Shown here piece after piece: positions 23,066 to 34,501 of a stretch of 64,000 nucleotides of DNA. Origin of the DNA: Cyanidioschyzon merolae (Eukaryota); NCBI GenBank assembly GCA_000091205.1, contig AP006501.2. The stretch is one strand, 5' to 3'. Every line of letters begins with the position of its first letter. Positions within the stretch are counted from its first letter, which is position 1. The notes under the pieces were generated by a model that saw nothing but the letters and a program-made list of their open reading frames with translations, was not told the origin of the DNA and ran no database searches. The translations under genes and the position numbers were made by a program.

Positions 23066-25090
23066 CTACGCACCGAGGGTCGCGCATCCTGCCACAAAGT
23101 CACCTAGCGCAGAGTATGAACGAAGGATACGTCGAAACGACGTTTTCGACAGGCTCACTCGATCTGTCTGCGACTCTTCGAGCTGCTTCTCCACAGCCGG
23201 TCCCCAGAACCAGAGCTCGGAGTCCCATACGAAACCCATGCGAGGAATGCGCTCGGGGAACATACAAACGAGGCCACCCGGCAGATGCAGCAGGCGTCGC
23301 GCTACAAAACCCTCTTCGACATTAGGAACCAGACACACGCTGTCCCCGTTCACGACGTAGAGGCCATCAACTGTTTCAAATCGTGCAATAGAGCGCCGAA
23401 GTCGATGGGTGCAAGGCGCAGTTCGGGCTGCCTCACGCGCGAGCAATGCTTCGATTGTACGTCCGAGGCGGCCTTTGCGGCCTTTCAGCTTCATCGATCG
23501 TGGCGTGCGTAAGAGCTGTATGTCTGATCCAGTGAGATCGGGATCCTCAAAGCTGCTCCGATCTAAATCGACTTCAAACCGCGAGAGCGTCTCCGGTGCA
23601 ACTGGCCTGGAGTCAATCGGTTCTAGAGATACTTGTGAGGCGTGCCAACAACACGGCATCTGCGGATAAAGCGGAAAAATGCAAAAAGCCGACTCCTCCT
23701 CTGATGGGAATTGGATGCGTTCAAGAACGCTTGTCGCCTTTTGTTCCGCGGCGTTCGTCGTGGATGGCGTCGATGTGCCAAGCATCCGAGCTGAGAATGC
23801 ATCACTGGCTTGCCGCCAGCCTTGCGAGGTCGATGCTGTCGCTCGGGAGACGGGCGTAAGCCAGCGCACTCGGACCGCTACAGCGGCACGTTCGCGGTAC
23901 TCAACAGCTACATCAAGAAGGCCAGACGAGCAACCACATCGCTCGGCCTGTTCTGACGGGATCACAAAACCAAAATTAAGCTCAAACGGTGTATGTGCGG
24001 GCGGCACGTAATGCCGACCCACAGCCGACTCGACATGAACCGCAGGAACGCCACCAGTATATGAGCCGTCAGGGAATACAACCGTGCCAAACGGCATGCA
24101 CCAGTCGTAGCGTGAATCCCGCTCGGTGCTCGAAGTCTCCGGGGATTCGAGTTCCAAGGGAACGAGATCCGCTTCCTCCGGAAGCAACGATGACGGCCGC
24201 ACATGATGCAAGAACTTCCGCTCTATCAGTGAACCGCTGGTGACATCGTAACGACAGCTCCAGCCATTCCAGGCTTCGTGAGCAAGGCGCGGCTTTTCAA
24301 AAGAGAGCACCTGCGGAGGCCAGTCGGCACGGCGGAACGTCGGGTCCCGACCCGGTGTCTGACCCAGCTGCTGCCGATACTGCTGCAGAGCCTGCCTTAG
24401 CGTGCTTCGTGGGGGCAAAAAATCTGCAGCCTTCTTCGGCGGACCATCCAGTCCTAGCTTCTCGGCATGCTCTGCGAGGAACGCGGCGACTTGCTGGTCA
24501 AGCGCCAAGTCCTCAGGAGAGGCGAGCGGCTCGTTGGCGAAAAGCGTGCCCTCGTTTTCCACGAGCTCCTGAAGAAACCGCTGAAATCGTGGGTTATCGA
24601 GGTTGATCTCTTCATCAGGAGGGACCGATGCCCACTGTTCTGCTACCTCCTTTCCGTAGCGCTGCTCGAGGTCTCGGCGCACCATGTTGCAGAAGAGTTC
24701 GTGAAGGCGCCGCAGCTCCGTGAGCTCGTCTGGCGCGCTCTCGGATGCACTGCCCACCGCCCGCTTACCGTGAATGGACGCTGTCAGTGGCGGCTCCTGC
24801 TCAGGCCCGCTCGAGAGCGCGCACCCGAAAAGCGTCGACCCAGAAGTACATCGCCGAAGAGCCCGTTTTCGAGAAGCGCCTCGCCGCCTGTAGCAACAGC
24901 GCCCTGACTGCACCGGAAGCTGTGCCTGGCGCTCCACCCGACTCAAGCTGCAGCGTTGAGCTTGCACACCTGCGGAAATTCCAATGAACATGTGATCCGT
25001 AAACTTGGTGTCCACTGAACACGATCGATTCCAACTGCAAGCCAGGAAACGCGGTCCAGCGCAGCACCTGAAGCTGCGTTGGAAAGTCAA
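23066..25090 (-). CDS. Hypothetical protein (674-aa ORF), no confident family assignment
   Basis: Long uninterrupted ORF with GC3-biased codon usage like the neighbouring genes. The N-terminal limit is uncertain. Confidence 0.4.
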   Translation of the reverse strand: MTFQRSFRCCAGPRFLACSWNRSCSVDTKFTDHMFIGISAGVQAQRCSLSRVERQAQLPVQSGRCCYRRRGASRKRALRRCTSGSTLFGCALSSGPEQEPPLTASIHGKRAVGSASESAPDELTELRRLHELFCNMVRRDLEQRYGKEVAEQWASVPPDEEINLDNPRFQRFLQELVENEGTLFANEPLASPEDLALDQQVAAFLAEHAEKLGLDGPPKKAADFLPPRSTLRQALQQYRQQLGQTPGRDPTFRRADWPPQVLSFEKPRLAHEAWNGWSCRYDVTSGSLIERKFLHHVRPSSLLPEEADLVPLELESPETSSTERDSRYDWCMPFGTVVFPDGSYTGGVPAVHVESAVGRHYVPPAHTPFELNFGFVIPSEQAERCGCSSGLLDVAVEYRERAAVAVRVRWLTPVSRATASTSQGWRQASDAFSARMLGTSTPSTTNAAEQKATSVLERIQFPSEEESAFCIFPLYPQMPCCWHASQVSLEPIDSRPVAPETLSRFEVDLDRSSFEDPDLTGSDIQLLRTPRSMKLKGRKGRLGRTIEALLAREAARTAPCTHRLRRSIARFETVDGLYVVNGDSVCLVPNVEEGFVARRLLHLPGGLVCMFPERIPRMGFVWDSELWFWGPAVEKQLEESQTDRVSLSKTSFRRILRSYSALGDFVAGCATLGA

Positions 25091-25290
25091 CCGCCGTCGG
25101 CCGCATGCCCGTGGCCGCTTGTGCAGCTCTGGTACCGCCGAGTAGGGTCAGTGTGCTGGGTAAACGTTCTTTCTTAGCGAGCGTTGTGTGGGCTGTCGTG
25201 TGTTTGTGTGTCCTTTATCACACGGAAGGTTGTCGCAGTGGGATCAGAGCGAACATCGTAGGTCTTGAGCGTAAGTTGCTGAGACATTGT

Positions 25291-25319
25291 ACAACAACAA
25301 CAACAGCAGCAGCAGCAGC
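25291..25319. repeat. (CAA)4(CAG)6 trinucleotide microsatellite
   Basis: acaacaacaacaacagcagcagcagcag. Confidence 0.9.
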
Positions 25320-25488
25320 TGAGGCCTGGGGTTCGCTCGGTGGAGAACACGTCGTCTGCTGCAGGCTTGCCGAGGCGCACATCTAGCGGCGAGGTACCTC
25401 CCTGCTAGCACCTAGACTTGGGCTGAATTCTTCCAGGACGTTAACTGCACCCTCACCGGTCACACTCGATACAGGTACTAGCAGTACT

Positions 25489-27717
25489 TTGGCTATGGTT
25501 CGTTTGTCTCAAACTGCTGCTGGACGGAAGCGGAGGCGTGGGAACGCGGGTGGACGTGATAGCGCGTACAGTAGCGACCAAGTGCAGGTCGTCGAGCACG
25601 AGATCCCACTTGCACCTGGTGAGGGCATCATTGGCGTAACCACTTCATCTGGTGCTGACCTTGTTGTCGTTCGAGAGAACGGCTTGATCGAGTGGCGCTC
25701 GCCACGATATCGCTACCACGCAGAGAGCGTACTCGCTGCGCACGCTGCAGTTCGGGGCAACCGAACGATAACGGCTGCTGCTTTCCTCGCAGTTCCTGGA
25801 GGACTGCTGCTTGCACTAGGTGACGCTCAGGGGCAAGTTCACTTTTATGACGCTCTGCAGGCTGTGCTCTTGGAGTCTGTGTGGACAACCCGCGGCACAG
25901 CAGTCGCAAGTTTAGCGTTTCGCCCGCTCGGTGAACGGCTCGAAGAAGAGGCGGTCATCGCCTGTGCGTCCAAGGACGGCAAACTACGCCTATTTCGGGG
26001 CCCTGCAGCCGTCGGAGATGCATATCATGCCGCACGCGGTGTCATGCAGGCGGCATGGTATCTCGAACGGACGCTGCTGATCGCACCAAACGTACCGTTG
26101 CAATGTCTCGACTGGTCCCGCAGTGGTGATGCAGTTGCAGTGGGTACCGCTGACGGTCAGGTTCGGCTGCTGTCACTGCCGTCGGGAAAGAGTGAAACCA
26201 TCGCTCTTTTGAAAAGCGCCGGTAAAGCGCTCAGCATTGAATCGCTCTCCTGGAATGGTGCGGAGACGGGCGGTTTCCTCGCCACCGGCGATGCCTCTGG
26301 TCGCGTTCTGTTCTGGTCTCTGGACCCGTGGACACGCGGAAAAGCGTTAGCTGTCTGTGAATCCTTCGAAAACTGTCATGGAGCTATCACACACTTGCGG
26401 ATTCTCGGAGCGAATCTCGTGTTGTTTGGCTCGGCAGATGGGAGCGTCGGATTCCTCCAACGACTGGAGGCACGGACGCCCTGGTTCGTGAGCGGGCGCC
26501 CTCAGCGGCTGCATCGACGTGCCGTACGCACCTCGTGTGCAGTTCGACCTGCATGCAGTGACGCTTTCGGCATCGCCACTGGTGCCGACGACGCGCTGCT
26601 CTGTCTGATTTCGGACTTGGCTCGACATTTGGAGTCGCCGGAAAAGGTGACGCGCCACGGAGCACTTCGGGCCCCTGGTCAGCTCCGCGTTTCCTGTTGG
26701 CCTAGTTCGGAGGGGAGCTGTTTCGTGGCGGACTCGCCTGTCGAGCGCGTGTTACTCCAATGCAAGGCGAATACGCGCTGCGAGTTGTGTGTCGATCGCT
26801 ATCGATTCACGACTCAGGCTTTGTTGGCAGCGGGAGACAACGGAAGCGCCAGCCTCACACTGGGTCATCCACAGGGGGCGTTCTGCTTGTTTGTACACAC
26901 AGGAGGCGCAGCGCTGTACGCGCTACGGAAACATAGAGCTGAGCGCATCCCGCTCTCAGAAAAGAAAGCCGGAATACTCAAGGGAGCGATGATGGGGGCT
27001 GCGGTGCACCCCGACACGTTTGTGGTGCTCGCGAGCGACAAGATTCATTTGCACGTTTTGTTCGTTCAGGAAACCAATACGACGTCGCAGTGGAAAACTC
27101 GAGTACGTTCGCTGCGGCTGCAACAAGCGGACGCTTGTTGTTTATTGGGTGCTGGTGAGAACGAGCTCGCCGTCGCGTATCGAAGCGGCGTTGTAGAGCG
27201 ATTTACACTGGAGATCTCGGAGAATCACCATCCAGAGTTGAGGACTCAACAGAGGATGCTGCTAAGCGCACCCGCATGCGCGCTCTTCCTAGATTCGCCT
27301 CGTGGTGCGCTATGGACCATAGATTCAGATCACATTCTGGCGGAAAATGGTGAAAAAAAAGTGCAACTCCCACAGCCAACCGTTGGATGCTACTATCTTC
27401 TGCGCGGCGGGCCGGGGAGCTCGCTCCTGGCGGCGACGCGCTCCTGTGTGCTACAGATTGACGTGCCATCATGTGGCGCATATCGCAGCCTCTATACCTG
27501 CCGAGACTGCATCTGGGGGCTGAATTATGCCTCTGCAGCGAATGCGCTTCTGGTTGTACACGGTGCCGATTCGTATGCTGCTGATTTGGCTCTGGACGAA
27601 GCGCTCGGGCGGAAACGTTTCGGCATGGAAAGGCGGTTTCGTGGACGCCACACCTACATTATGAAATCCGCGACAGCTCGTCCACGGCGTGCGCGCTCAT
27701 CCATGATTCGGTCGTGA
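25489..27717 (+). CDS. WD40-repeat protein (742 aa)
   Basis: Recurrent WD-like blades: GDAQGQVHFYD, CASKDGKLRLF, GTADGQVRLLSL, TGDASGRVLFWSLD, GSADGSVGFL. Confidence 0.55.
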   Translation: MAMVRLSQTAAGRKRRRGNAGGRDSAYSSDQVQVVEHEIPLAPGEGIIGVTTSSGADLVVVRENGLIEWRSPRYRYHAESVLAAHAAVRGNRTITAAAFLAVPGGLLLALGDAQGQVHFYDALQAVLLESVWTTRGTAVASLAFRPLGERLEEEAVIACASKDGKLRLFRGPAAVGDAYHAARGVMQAAWYLERTLLIAPNVPLQCLDWSRSGDAVAVGTADGQVRLLSLPSGKSETIALLKSAGKALSIESLSWNGAETGGFLATGDASGRVLFWSLDPWTRGKALAVCESFENCHGAITHLRILGANLVLFGSADGSVGFLQRLEARTPWFVSGRPQRLHRRAVRTSCAVRPACSDAFGIATGADDALLCLISDLARHLESPEKVTRHGALRAPGQLRVSCWPSSEGSCFVADSPVERVLLQCKANTRCELCVDRYRFTTQALLAAGDNGSASLTLGHPQGAFCLFVHTGGAALYALRKHRAERIPLSEKKAGILKGAMMGAAVHPDTFVVLASDKIHLHVLFVQETNTTSQWKTRVRSLRLQQADACCLLGAGENELAVAYRSGVVERFTLEISENHHPELRTQQRMLLSAPACALFLDSPRGALWTIDSDHILAENGEKKVQLPQPTVGCYYLLRGGPGSSLLAATRSCVLQIDVPSCGAYRSLYTCRDCIWGLNYASAANALLVVHGADSYAADLALDEALGRKRFGMERRFRGRHTYIMKSATARPRRARSSMIRS

Positions 27718-28736
27718 TACGGCTTGTGGGCGATTCGCTTCGCAAGGCGCCAAGTGGACGCGCAGTTCAAGTTCTTCTTCTGCGTCGATGGATGTGCTCG
27801 CTGCCTCGCTTGGAACTGGAGCAGATCAATACACTTGAAATTGCGAGCAAACCTATCGATTCGTGATAACGACGAGCCCGACTCCAATCGTACCATCGCA
27901 TCAGCGCTCAGAAAGAAGCGTACGATCGCGTCCATCGCTTCTTCGTGTTGCCTGGAAGCGTGTGAAGCGTGCTTTCCAGGTGGACATGCTCGCGGGACGG
28001 CGACCGCAACGCTGCAACGCAGCAGTGCGCCACAATGACCCAGACACAGCACTTTGGCGCGTATTGTGATTAGCGGGATCCACTGCCGACGCTTTTGTGC
28101 TCGTCACCGATAGGACTGCAACGTAGATCGCGAAGATAACGGGCATTCAACGGACGCTCGGCTCGTAAACGCTGAGATGCTACCAGATCCGAGCGTTCAT
28201 GGAGCGCCAACCATTCATGCCGATGGTCTGGGCCGACGCTTTTTCGACAACATAAGCGCCATTCGCTCCGTCGGAGCACATGCTCAGAGGAACGGATATC
28301 GCTTGTTCCGTAGAGAGCGATCCATGGCGGGCCGCGATCCGAGTGATCGACGCGCATCGGCCTCGAGATGCCTCATCGGCACGCACTGGAAACAGCGACG
28401 ACATCCTTGCCACGCAGAGAGTTTCTGCAAGGCTCTTTCGACAGCAAACGACCGCACAGACGCGCTTTGCAAAGAACGTTATGTTGGCATCGTGCGCTGT
28501 TTACGTGATACCCAATGGTAGCGCCCTGCACCAGGGTTGCGCTACGGTGCGCATGCATGACGTCTCAGGAGGTACACGTGTCCGCGGCAGCGATCTGAAT
28601 CGCGTATTTGTCCTCTTTATACAGTCTTATACACCTTTGCAGCAGACTCTCATGCGTGTCGGCCTCGTACAACGTCACAGTCGTGCAGCGAACGCCTTTG
28701 GGGCGCCTCTCCGACGGTTCATGCCCCCGGCTCCTT

Positions 28737-30080
28737 CTAGCTGGGAGATACGGTTCGTGTGCTGAGCCACGCCAACTGGCCGGAGCGAGTGACGAAAATA
28801 AAGTCGCTCGCGCTTGTCGCCCAGCATCCCGTTGTCATCGTGATCATGGAGGCGGCAAGTCGCTGACTCAGACGTGAGAGCCCCGTGGCCAGCCTTCTAC
28901 TTGGTGTCGTTTCGGAGCCGTCCGCAACACCCCCTGCCTGATGTGCCGACCCTGGCTGACCTATGTCTGTGGATGATGCCCCGCTCTCGATGGAGATCCA
29001 TACGGGCACGGGTGCGTCGCCGCCCACCAACAGGCGATCGTCGTTCTGCGCTCTCGCGAATGCACAGCAAAAGGGAAGCGATTGTCGATGGAGCGTTCGG
29101 CCGGTGTCCAGGCTCGTGAGTGCAACCTCGCCAGGACGCGACGCAGTGCATACGCATCGCCAACGCTGCCAGAACAGCACATCCACGATCTCCTGACAAT
29201 GCATCCAACCGAGAAAGTCGATTTCTGGATGCATCAGCTTTCCGCGGATGAGCAGGAGGAAGCCGGCTGTGTATCCGACGGCCACCACCAGAGGCGAATC
29301 GCTCTCGCGAACTGGTTCCGTGGCGGTACCGTTCCGTCGGGCTTGCTCGGGTGATGCAGCCGCGTTCGCCGTCGTAACCAGCGCCGGTATCGGTGCCTGC
29401 ACAGCTAGCGCCGAGACACCAGCGACAGGCGCAGCAGCGCCCAGCCATTGCCGTATCCGCTCTGGTGCGACCAGCGAGAGCGGACCTGCGTGCCACGCTG
29501 CGTCCAGGTAGGTCACCCGCCCGGAGACGTGCCCAGCGATGACGGCACCACTGGGCAATGGGTGTAGCTTTGTGACGTACTCACGTTCGGCCGGCGACGG
29601 CACGGTGGTTTGGTCGTCGAGGACGAGAATCGTGGAACGGGTTTCAAAGCCGAGCTCACCGCTCTCGCATGCGTAGCAGCGCAAGGAGAGGTCCTCGTGG
29701 GCTACAAGAACCTCGTTGCTGGAGGCGAGATAGGTTGCTGCGGTAGCCCGCAACACGCGAGCGCCCGCTAGCCCTCCGAGCTGAACGACGCCGCTTTGCT
29801 TGCGCTCCGCACGGAGTCGCTCGGGGCACTCGAAAACGACGCATAGCCGGCGGTCGACGAGCTTATCCTGCCATCCAAGCTCTGGATTCCAGCGGAACGC
29901 TTCGATTGACGTCTCTGTTACCACGAATACTGCTTGGAACTCGGCATGATAAAAAGTGCACAGTGCGTGAGCGCTGCGAAGACGAGGTCCCAACACAGCC
30001 GGCGACAGCTCAGCGGCTCGCTGCACCTTTAGCAAGGGCGTGGTTGCCCACTCCATGCCCGAGTCCCTAGGTAGTGGCAA
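28737..30080 (-). CDS. Hypothetical protein (447 aa)
   Basis: Long ORF with a compatible codon bias. No recognisable motif. Confidence 0.4.
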   Translation of the reverse strand: MPLPRDSGMEWATTPLLKVQRAAELSPAVLGPRLRSAHALCTFYHAEFQAVFVVTETSIEAFRWNPELGWQDKLVDRRLCVVFECPERLRAERKQSGVVQLGGLAGARVLRATAATYLASSNEVLVAHEDLSLRCYACESGELGFETRSTILVLDDQTTVPSPAEREYVTKLHPLPSGAVIAGHVSGRVTYLDAAWHAGPLSLVAPERIRQWLGAAAPVAGVSALAVQAPIPALVTTANAAASPEQARRNGTATEPVRESDSPLVVAVGYTAGFLLLIRGKLMHPEIDFLGWMHCQEIVDVLFWQRWRCVCTASRPGEVALTSLDTGRTLHRQSLPFCCAFARAQNDDRLLVGGDAPVPVWISIESGASSTDIGQPGSAHQAGGVADGSETTPSRRLATGLSRLSQRLAASMITMTTGCWATSASDFIFVTRSGQLAWLSTRTVSPS

Positions 30081-31163
30081 CTACGAAAGACGCCAAAAAG
30101 GCAGCGTAGGCCGCAGACTCTGTCGTTCTGGAAACGGCAGACGGAAACGCACTCATAACCACGAGCAGCGGAGCCAGCGCCAGCATGCCGCGTTACCTGG
30201 GAGGGCGTTCGAGTTGCGAGCAGGCGCCACGAAGCAAAACGCCGTTGAGCTCGTTTTGGACGCTCCAAAACTGGCCGCAACGCGCCTTTTTGGCTGCTCT
30301 CGTTCTGATACTAGTGACCCGACAGTGACGCCGAAAAGACCTGGACTCGTTTGTGTGTTCTACGCTGCTTGCCAGAATCGACGCGTTTGACGGTGCTTGC
30401 TGGTCGGCGCGAACAGGCTCCCGCGCCCAAACGGCACACGAAAGCGCGGTCTCTCCGGCTGGTCAGCTACAGACGCAGTGCTTCAGTCGAGACACGGAAG
30501 TTCGACAGAGTAATTTGCAAGTTTCATAGACGCGATGAGGAACCAGTTGCGGATGCTGTTCGCTTTGCGTCGTTCCAACGCAGCTATCGGCTTTGTAAGT
30601 GCGCGCAACCTATTCTGGAACCGGAAAAGTCTTTCACGGCCACTGTGCGCACCCTGAAGCGCTTGGAGCTTTCATCAAACTGCATATCAACGCATCCTGC
30701 GACTTGTCAACATCACTGCCGCCCGATATCGACCGGCTGCTCGCTCGCAGCCGTATCATGCCAGCCAGCCAGCCAGCGACTCCGAGACAGCGACTCGATA
30801 TCAATAGGACGCAGGGACAAACTCTCTGGTTACCATATTACAAAGGCTCGGGAAAAGCACGTCAGCGAGAGTGTAGCGAGCCTCGATGACCCGAATCGAT
30901 GCGATGCACGTCACCGCCCGTATGGCTATCCATAAGGCCGCGGATGCGATTCGGAACGCTGTGGGCGTGGTGGCGCATCAGGCGCACCGCGGGAAATGCA
31001 GTGCGCTGTCCCAGTTGGATATGCGTGCAACGTATGCGTGCATGCGTGCAATGGACAGCACTTGAAACAGCGCCTCCGAGCGCTTCAGCAGTGCTTTCCG
31101 TATGCAGGTTACTGTCCAAAGGGTCTGGAATTGCAAGTCTTTGCACTACGGTGAAAGTGATTC

Positions 31164-33062
31164 ATGGTGCTCCCGACGGATCCCGAGTTCCCGTTTCCGA
31201 TAGACGCTCTGGTGCGCATCGAGCTGGAGACTGGGGAAACCCTATGGGTGCGTACGCGAACACACGACGTTGTGTCGAAGAGCGATAGCAACGGCAAGTC
31301 GTGGACAGCGCGGCTGCGCTGGCAACAGCACTCGCAAAGGGTCGTGATCCGTCCGAATGTGCGAAATCCTCAGCACCCCGTGGTAACACGGATGCGGGAT
31401 GGGAAGCTGGTTCTGTGGAGGCAGCTCGAATCAATGCCTACTCGTGCGGCATGTGGAAACGTCGCGGAAGCTCCTGTGCGGCCGAGTCGAAGCAAGCGTC
31501 GTCGCACGTCGTCGGCTCCTGTTTCGAGCGCCCCGCAGTTGAAAGCACAAAAGTCAAAGGAAATTGCGCACGAGGTCAAAGACTCACATGATGTCGAGAG
31601 CGCTGCTCCAGGAGCAGCGGTCGCGACAAACACCAGAGCCACTGCAGTGCGTGAAGCGCCCCGTGACGAAACTCCCGAACATATGCGTCGGCAGCGTCGC
31701 TGCCGTACGCTGCCCGAACGGCCAGCAGCATCCATTGCCACGGTGCCAGCATCTGCAGGCAGCGTCTCGACGCCGCGGATCAGCGCGTGCATACGAGAAA
31801 CGAGTCGTAAAAACGCGGAGGAACCGAGCTCCGCACGAAGCACGCCACAGAACCGAAACGCATCGCGCATGCCGCGTCCGATACGGAAGACCGAATCCAG
31901 GTGTGCCTGTGCCTCGACCCGTAACCCGTGTCCGAGGCTCGCAAAAGCGCCGCACGCGAATCGTAAGGATTTAGAAAATTACAATCTGCACAGCACTGCT
32001 GCTGCTGCAGCTGGAGCTGCTGCCGCTACCGGGGCACCAGATACGGACCTTGTGGAACGAACGGATACGGAGACAAGGATGGCTCTGCTCGATGAATTGC
32101 GCCATGCACATGCCGCCGCCGCCGCTGCTACCAGCTCCAGCATGATTCATGGGCATCCCGTGCCCGCGACGGATCGCCGTTCGGTGAAGTACGGGCCGCA
32201 CTGGCGATTCGCACCGCTTGCAGCCATTGCCGCGCACGCGCGCAGCCTCGCGACCCCTGGGGTTGTCACGGGAGTCGGCGAAACCGCATGCTCGACGCTT
32301 TCGTTACTGAAACTGCTCGCGGAGGATACGAGGCGATTGGTTGACGAGATACTGATCCTAGCTTCTGGTACCGACGAAGCGGAAACAACAGAGCCGGCAA
32401 AGCGCCTGCCCGATCGCGATACAACCACAGAGACGCTTGGACGCATTTTGCTTGCGTACGCACAGGCCTTGGTTTCTGTGGCGGAGGCGCAAGCAGGTTC
32501 CGGAGAGTCGCAAAACACTGTGATGCATGACCTGGGAAAGACCGCTCTTCAGGCGCTGATCCAGGCTGAACGATCGGGTATTCGAGAACCCCATTTTCGA
32601 CATGCACTCCGAACTTTGATCCGAGGCTTCGTACCCGCGACAGCATCAGCGGATTGTGTCGCTGCTATCAGCGCAATACTCGAAGAGCATCTTCCGAGCG
32701 GACGCATAGAGCGAGAATCCCACCGCTTAGAGCTACTGTGTCAGGTGGTTACCCTGGGTCCGGATCTGCTTGCCCTAGCATCAGTATTGAGGCGTGCGAG
32801 CCGTAACCAGACGTCCCACGTCCTGTCTGCGGTCGCGTGCCCTGACCTGAGGGCTCCTTGTTCTACCAAATGGTACAGGCAGGTCGTCCAGCTCTACGAA
32901 ATCGGGGCCAGAACCATCGCGAATCAGCTAACTGGTTGTTGGCCGGCGGAAGACCTGCAGGAACACACCGCTGATTTCCTCGTCAACGGGGCGATGCAGT
33001 TGCCTTTGCTTTGTACAGGAAACCTATCAGAACACGATTCAACTGTTGCGCCTGTGAGATAG
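31164..33062 (+). CDS. Hypothetical protein (632 aa) with a low-complexity Ala/Ser/Arg-rich centre
   Basis: Long ORF. Poly-Ala/Ser stretches (STAAAAAGAAAATGA; AHAAAAAATSSS). Confidence 0.4.
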   Translation: MVLPTDPEFPFPIDALVRIELETGETLWVRTRTHDVVSKSDSNGKSWTARLRWQQHSQRVVIRPNVRNPQHPVVTRMRDGKLVLWRQLESMPTRAACGNVAEAPVRPSRSKRRRTSSAPVSSAPQLKAQKSKEIAHEVKDSHDVESAAPGAAVATNTRATAVREAPRDETPEHMRRQRRCRTLPERPAASIATVPASAGSVSTPRISACIRETSRKNAEEPSSARSTPQNRNASRMPRPIRKTESRCACASTRNPCPRLAKAPHANRKDLENYNLHSTAAAAAGAAAATGAPDTDLVERTDTETRMALLDELRHAHAAAAAATSSSMIHGHPVPATDRRSVKYGPHWRFAPLAAIAAHARSLATPGVVTGVGETACSTLSLLKLLAEDTRRLVDEILILASGTDEAETTEPAKRLPDRDTTTETLGRILLAYAQALVSVAEAQAGSGESQNTVMHDLGKTALQALIQAERSGIREPHFRHALRTLIRGFVPATASADCVAAISAILEEHLPSGRIERESHRLELLCQVVTLGPDLLALASVLRRASRNQTSHVLSAVACPDLRAPCSTKWYRQVVQLYEIGARTIANQLTGCWPAEDLQEHTADFLVNGAMQLPLLCTGNLSEHDSTVAPVR

Positions 33063-33344
33063 ATTCATACTGCCTGCTGTTTTCGCGAATGGAGGCAGTA
33101 TCGTGGACAAGTTGCCTCGTGTTGGCGCGTTCTGTGGCGGAGCGGACCACGCCACCACCAGGAAATCCATGATGACGCCCTATGGAGACCAACGGAGACG
33201 CCGCATCAACCCTCATGCGCAGACAAGGACGAAAACGATCCGAAGCGAGCGATAGGATGCACTGGTGGCGTCTGCTTGCGCGCCGTCTCCACCGGCCGCA
33301 TCACGTCGCCCGCAACAGAACACCGGTTGCAAGCATGGTTGCGC

Positions 33345-33737
33345 TTACAAGTCACCAGCGCGGGCCGCGCTGTGCTGTATGCCGCCTGTAGCCTGAGGCC
33401 GCTGCAGCCTCCGGTGCGCAGAACCCGAGCGATTCTCGAGAACTGCCACGTTACGCGGACACCCGTTTCTACTTTTCAGCAGAAGGACACACTCCCGACA
33501 GAACATAGCCTGGTACTTGGCGCCAGGGGCGTTGCAGCGACAGCAGCGCGGCGTCTCGCCTCGCCGTTGTGGTTGCTCGACAAGCAGAAGCGCACAGTCT
33601 GCGCAGATGCGAGCAGGTTCGAATAGCGCGTGCACTGCTTCACAAGTCACGCACTGACCGTCGCAGCGCGCACATAACAAGCCGACTTCACTGCCCTGTG
33701 TGCGGCCGCACTGAGCTCCGGTATGTTTCAGGGACAT
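33345..33737 (-). CDS. Divergent PHF5A/Rds3-like Cys-rich protein (SF3b component-like)
   Basis: MSLKHTGAQCGRTQGSEVGLLCARCDGQCVTCEAVH...RICADC...CCRCNAPGAKYQAMFCRECVLLLKSRNGCPRNVAVLENRSGS is colinear with the PHF5A layout (..FCRKQAG..GRLCEKCDGKCVIC..RICDEC..RCVICGGPG..YYCKEC..DGCPKIVNLGS). Contains extra inserts and some Cys substitutions. Confidence 0.5.
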   Translation of the reverse strand: MSLKHTGAQCGRTQGSEVGLLCARCDGQCVTCEAVHALFEPARICADCALLLVEQPQRRGETPRCCRCNAPGAKYQAMFCRECVLLLKSRNGCPRNVAVLENRSGSAHRRLQRPQATGGIQHSAARAGDL

Positions 33738-34501
33738 TTGCGGTGCGCTCGAGCGTCTCGCTTTCGCCTCCTGAGAACGCGACGGCCAACTGCACGCACA
33801 GTTCACAGGTTCAGACTCGTAGTTGTCGTGGGTTTCGTCAACTAAGCACCGCTGCGCCTTTAGACGGTGCCAGCGCGTCTCCAAAGCCGCCTAACGGGGA
33901 ACTCAGGAACCAGTTCGGTGTCAGACTTGGAGCAAAACTTTCAACCAGTGCGCTCGTTCCACACGTTGCAGTACCGTCAAATCAAAAGGTTGAGCACTGG
34001 CTTATCGGGTACGCTGAAAGACTCGGCTAGTCCAAGCGGACGCGTGTCTGCCAACGTAACACTGACTAGAACGCGGCCCTGTTTTGGTACTTGCTCCGGG
34101 GCTCGGTGGACCGCGATGGACCACGCGACGAGCGCGCTCTGGCAGGCAGCTGCACAGCGATGAAGTCAGAGGCCTGGGAACGCGCACAGCGCCGCGGAGT
34201 TAATCCGACGCGCGTCCGGAACGCCACAGCGCACCGTTTATGCCGCAAGTTGCAGAGCGCCTGCGAGCAGGCCGGCCCAATGAGCAGCTCGCCACAAGTC
34301 CATGAACTGAACGGGCGTTCAGCAGGCTCGGAACGTGCACAGCCTCCTGCTGTTGCGGATTCGACGTTAGCAAACGAGTTAGAAATCGACCAAAAGCCGC
34401 TTTACAACGAATGCACCGCATTTTCTGCATTTAGGCCCCGTTTCATGCCGTATATGTATGTCAACGCCAGTGCTTAGTCGCCGCACCGTCTCGGCAGCGT
34501 T

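Noticed and set aside
25174-25380. ORF encoding poly-Cys (CCCCCCCCC), and the ORFs 58444..58671 and 58446..58706 encoding poly-LV and poly-AP
   Set aside because: They are translations of the CAA/CAG and GCACCA microsatellites in arbitrary frames.
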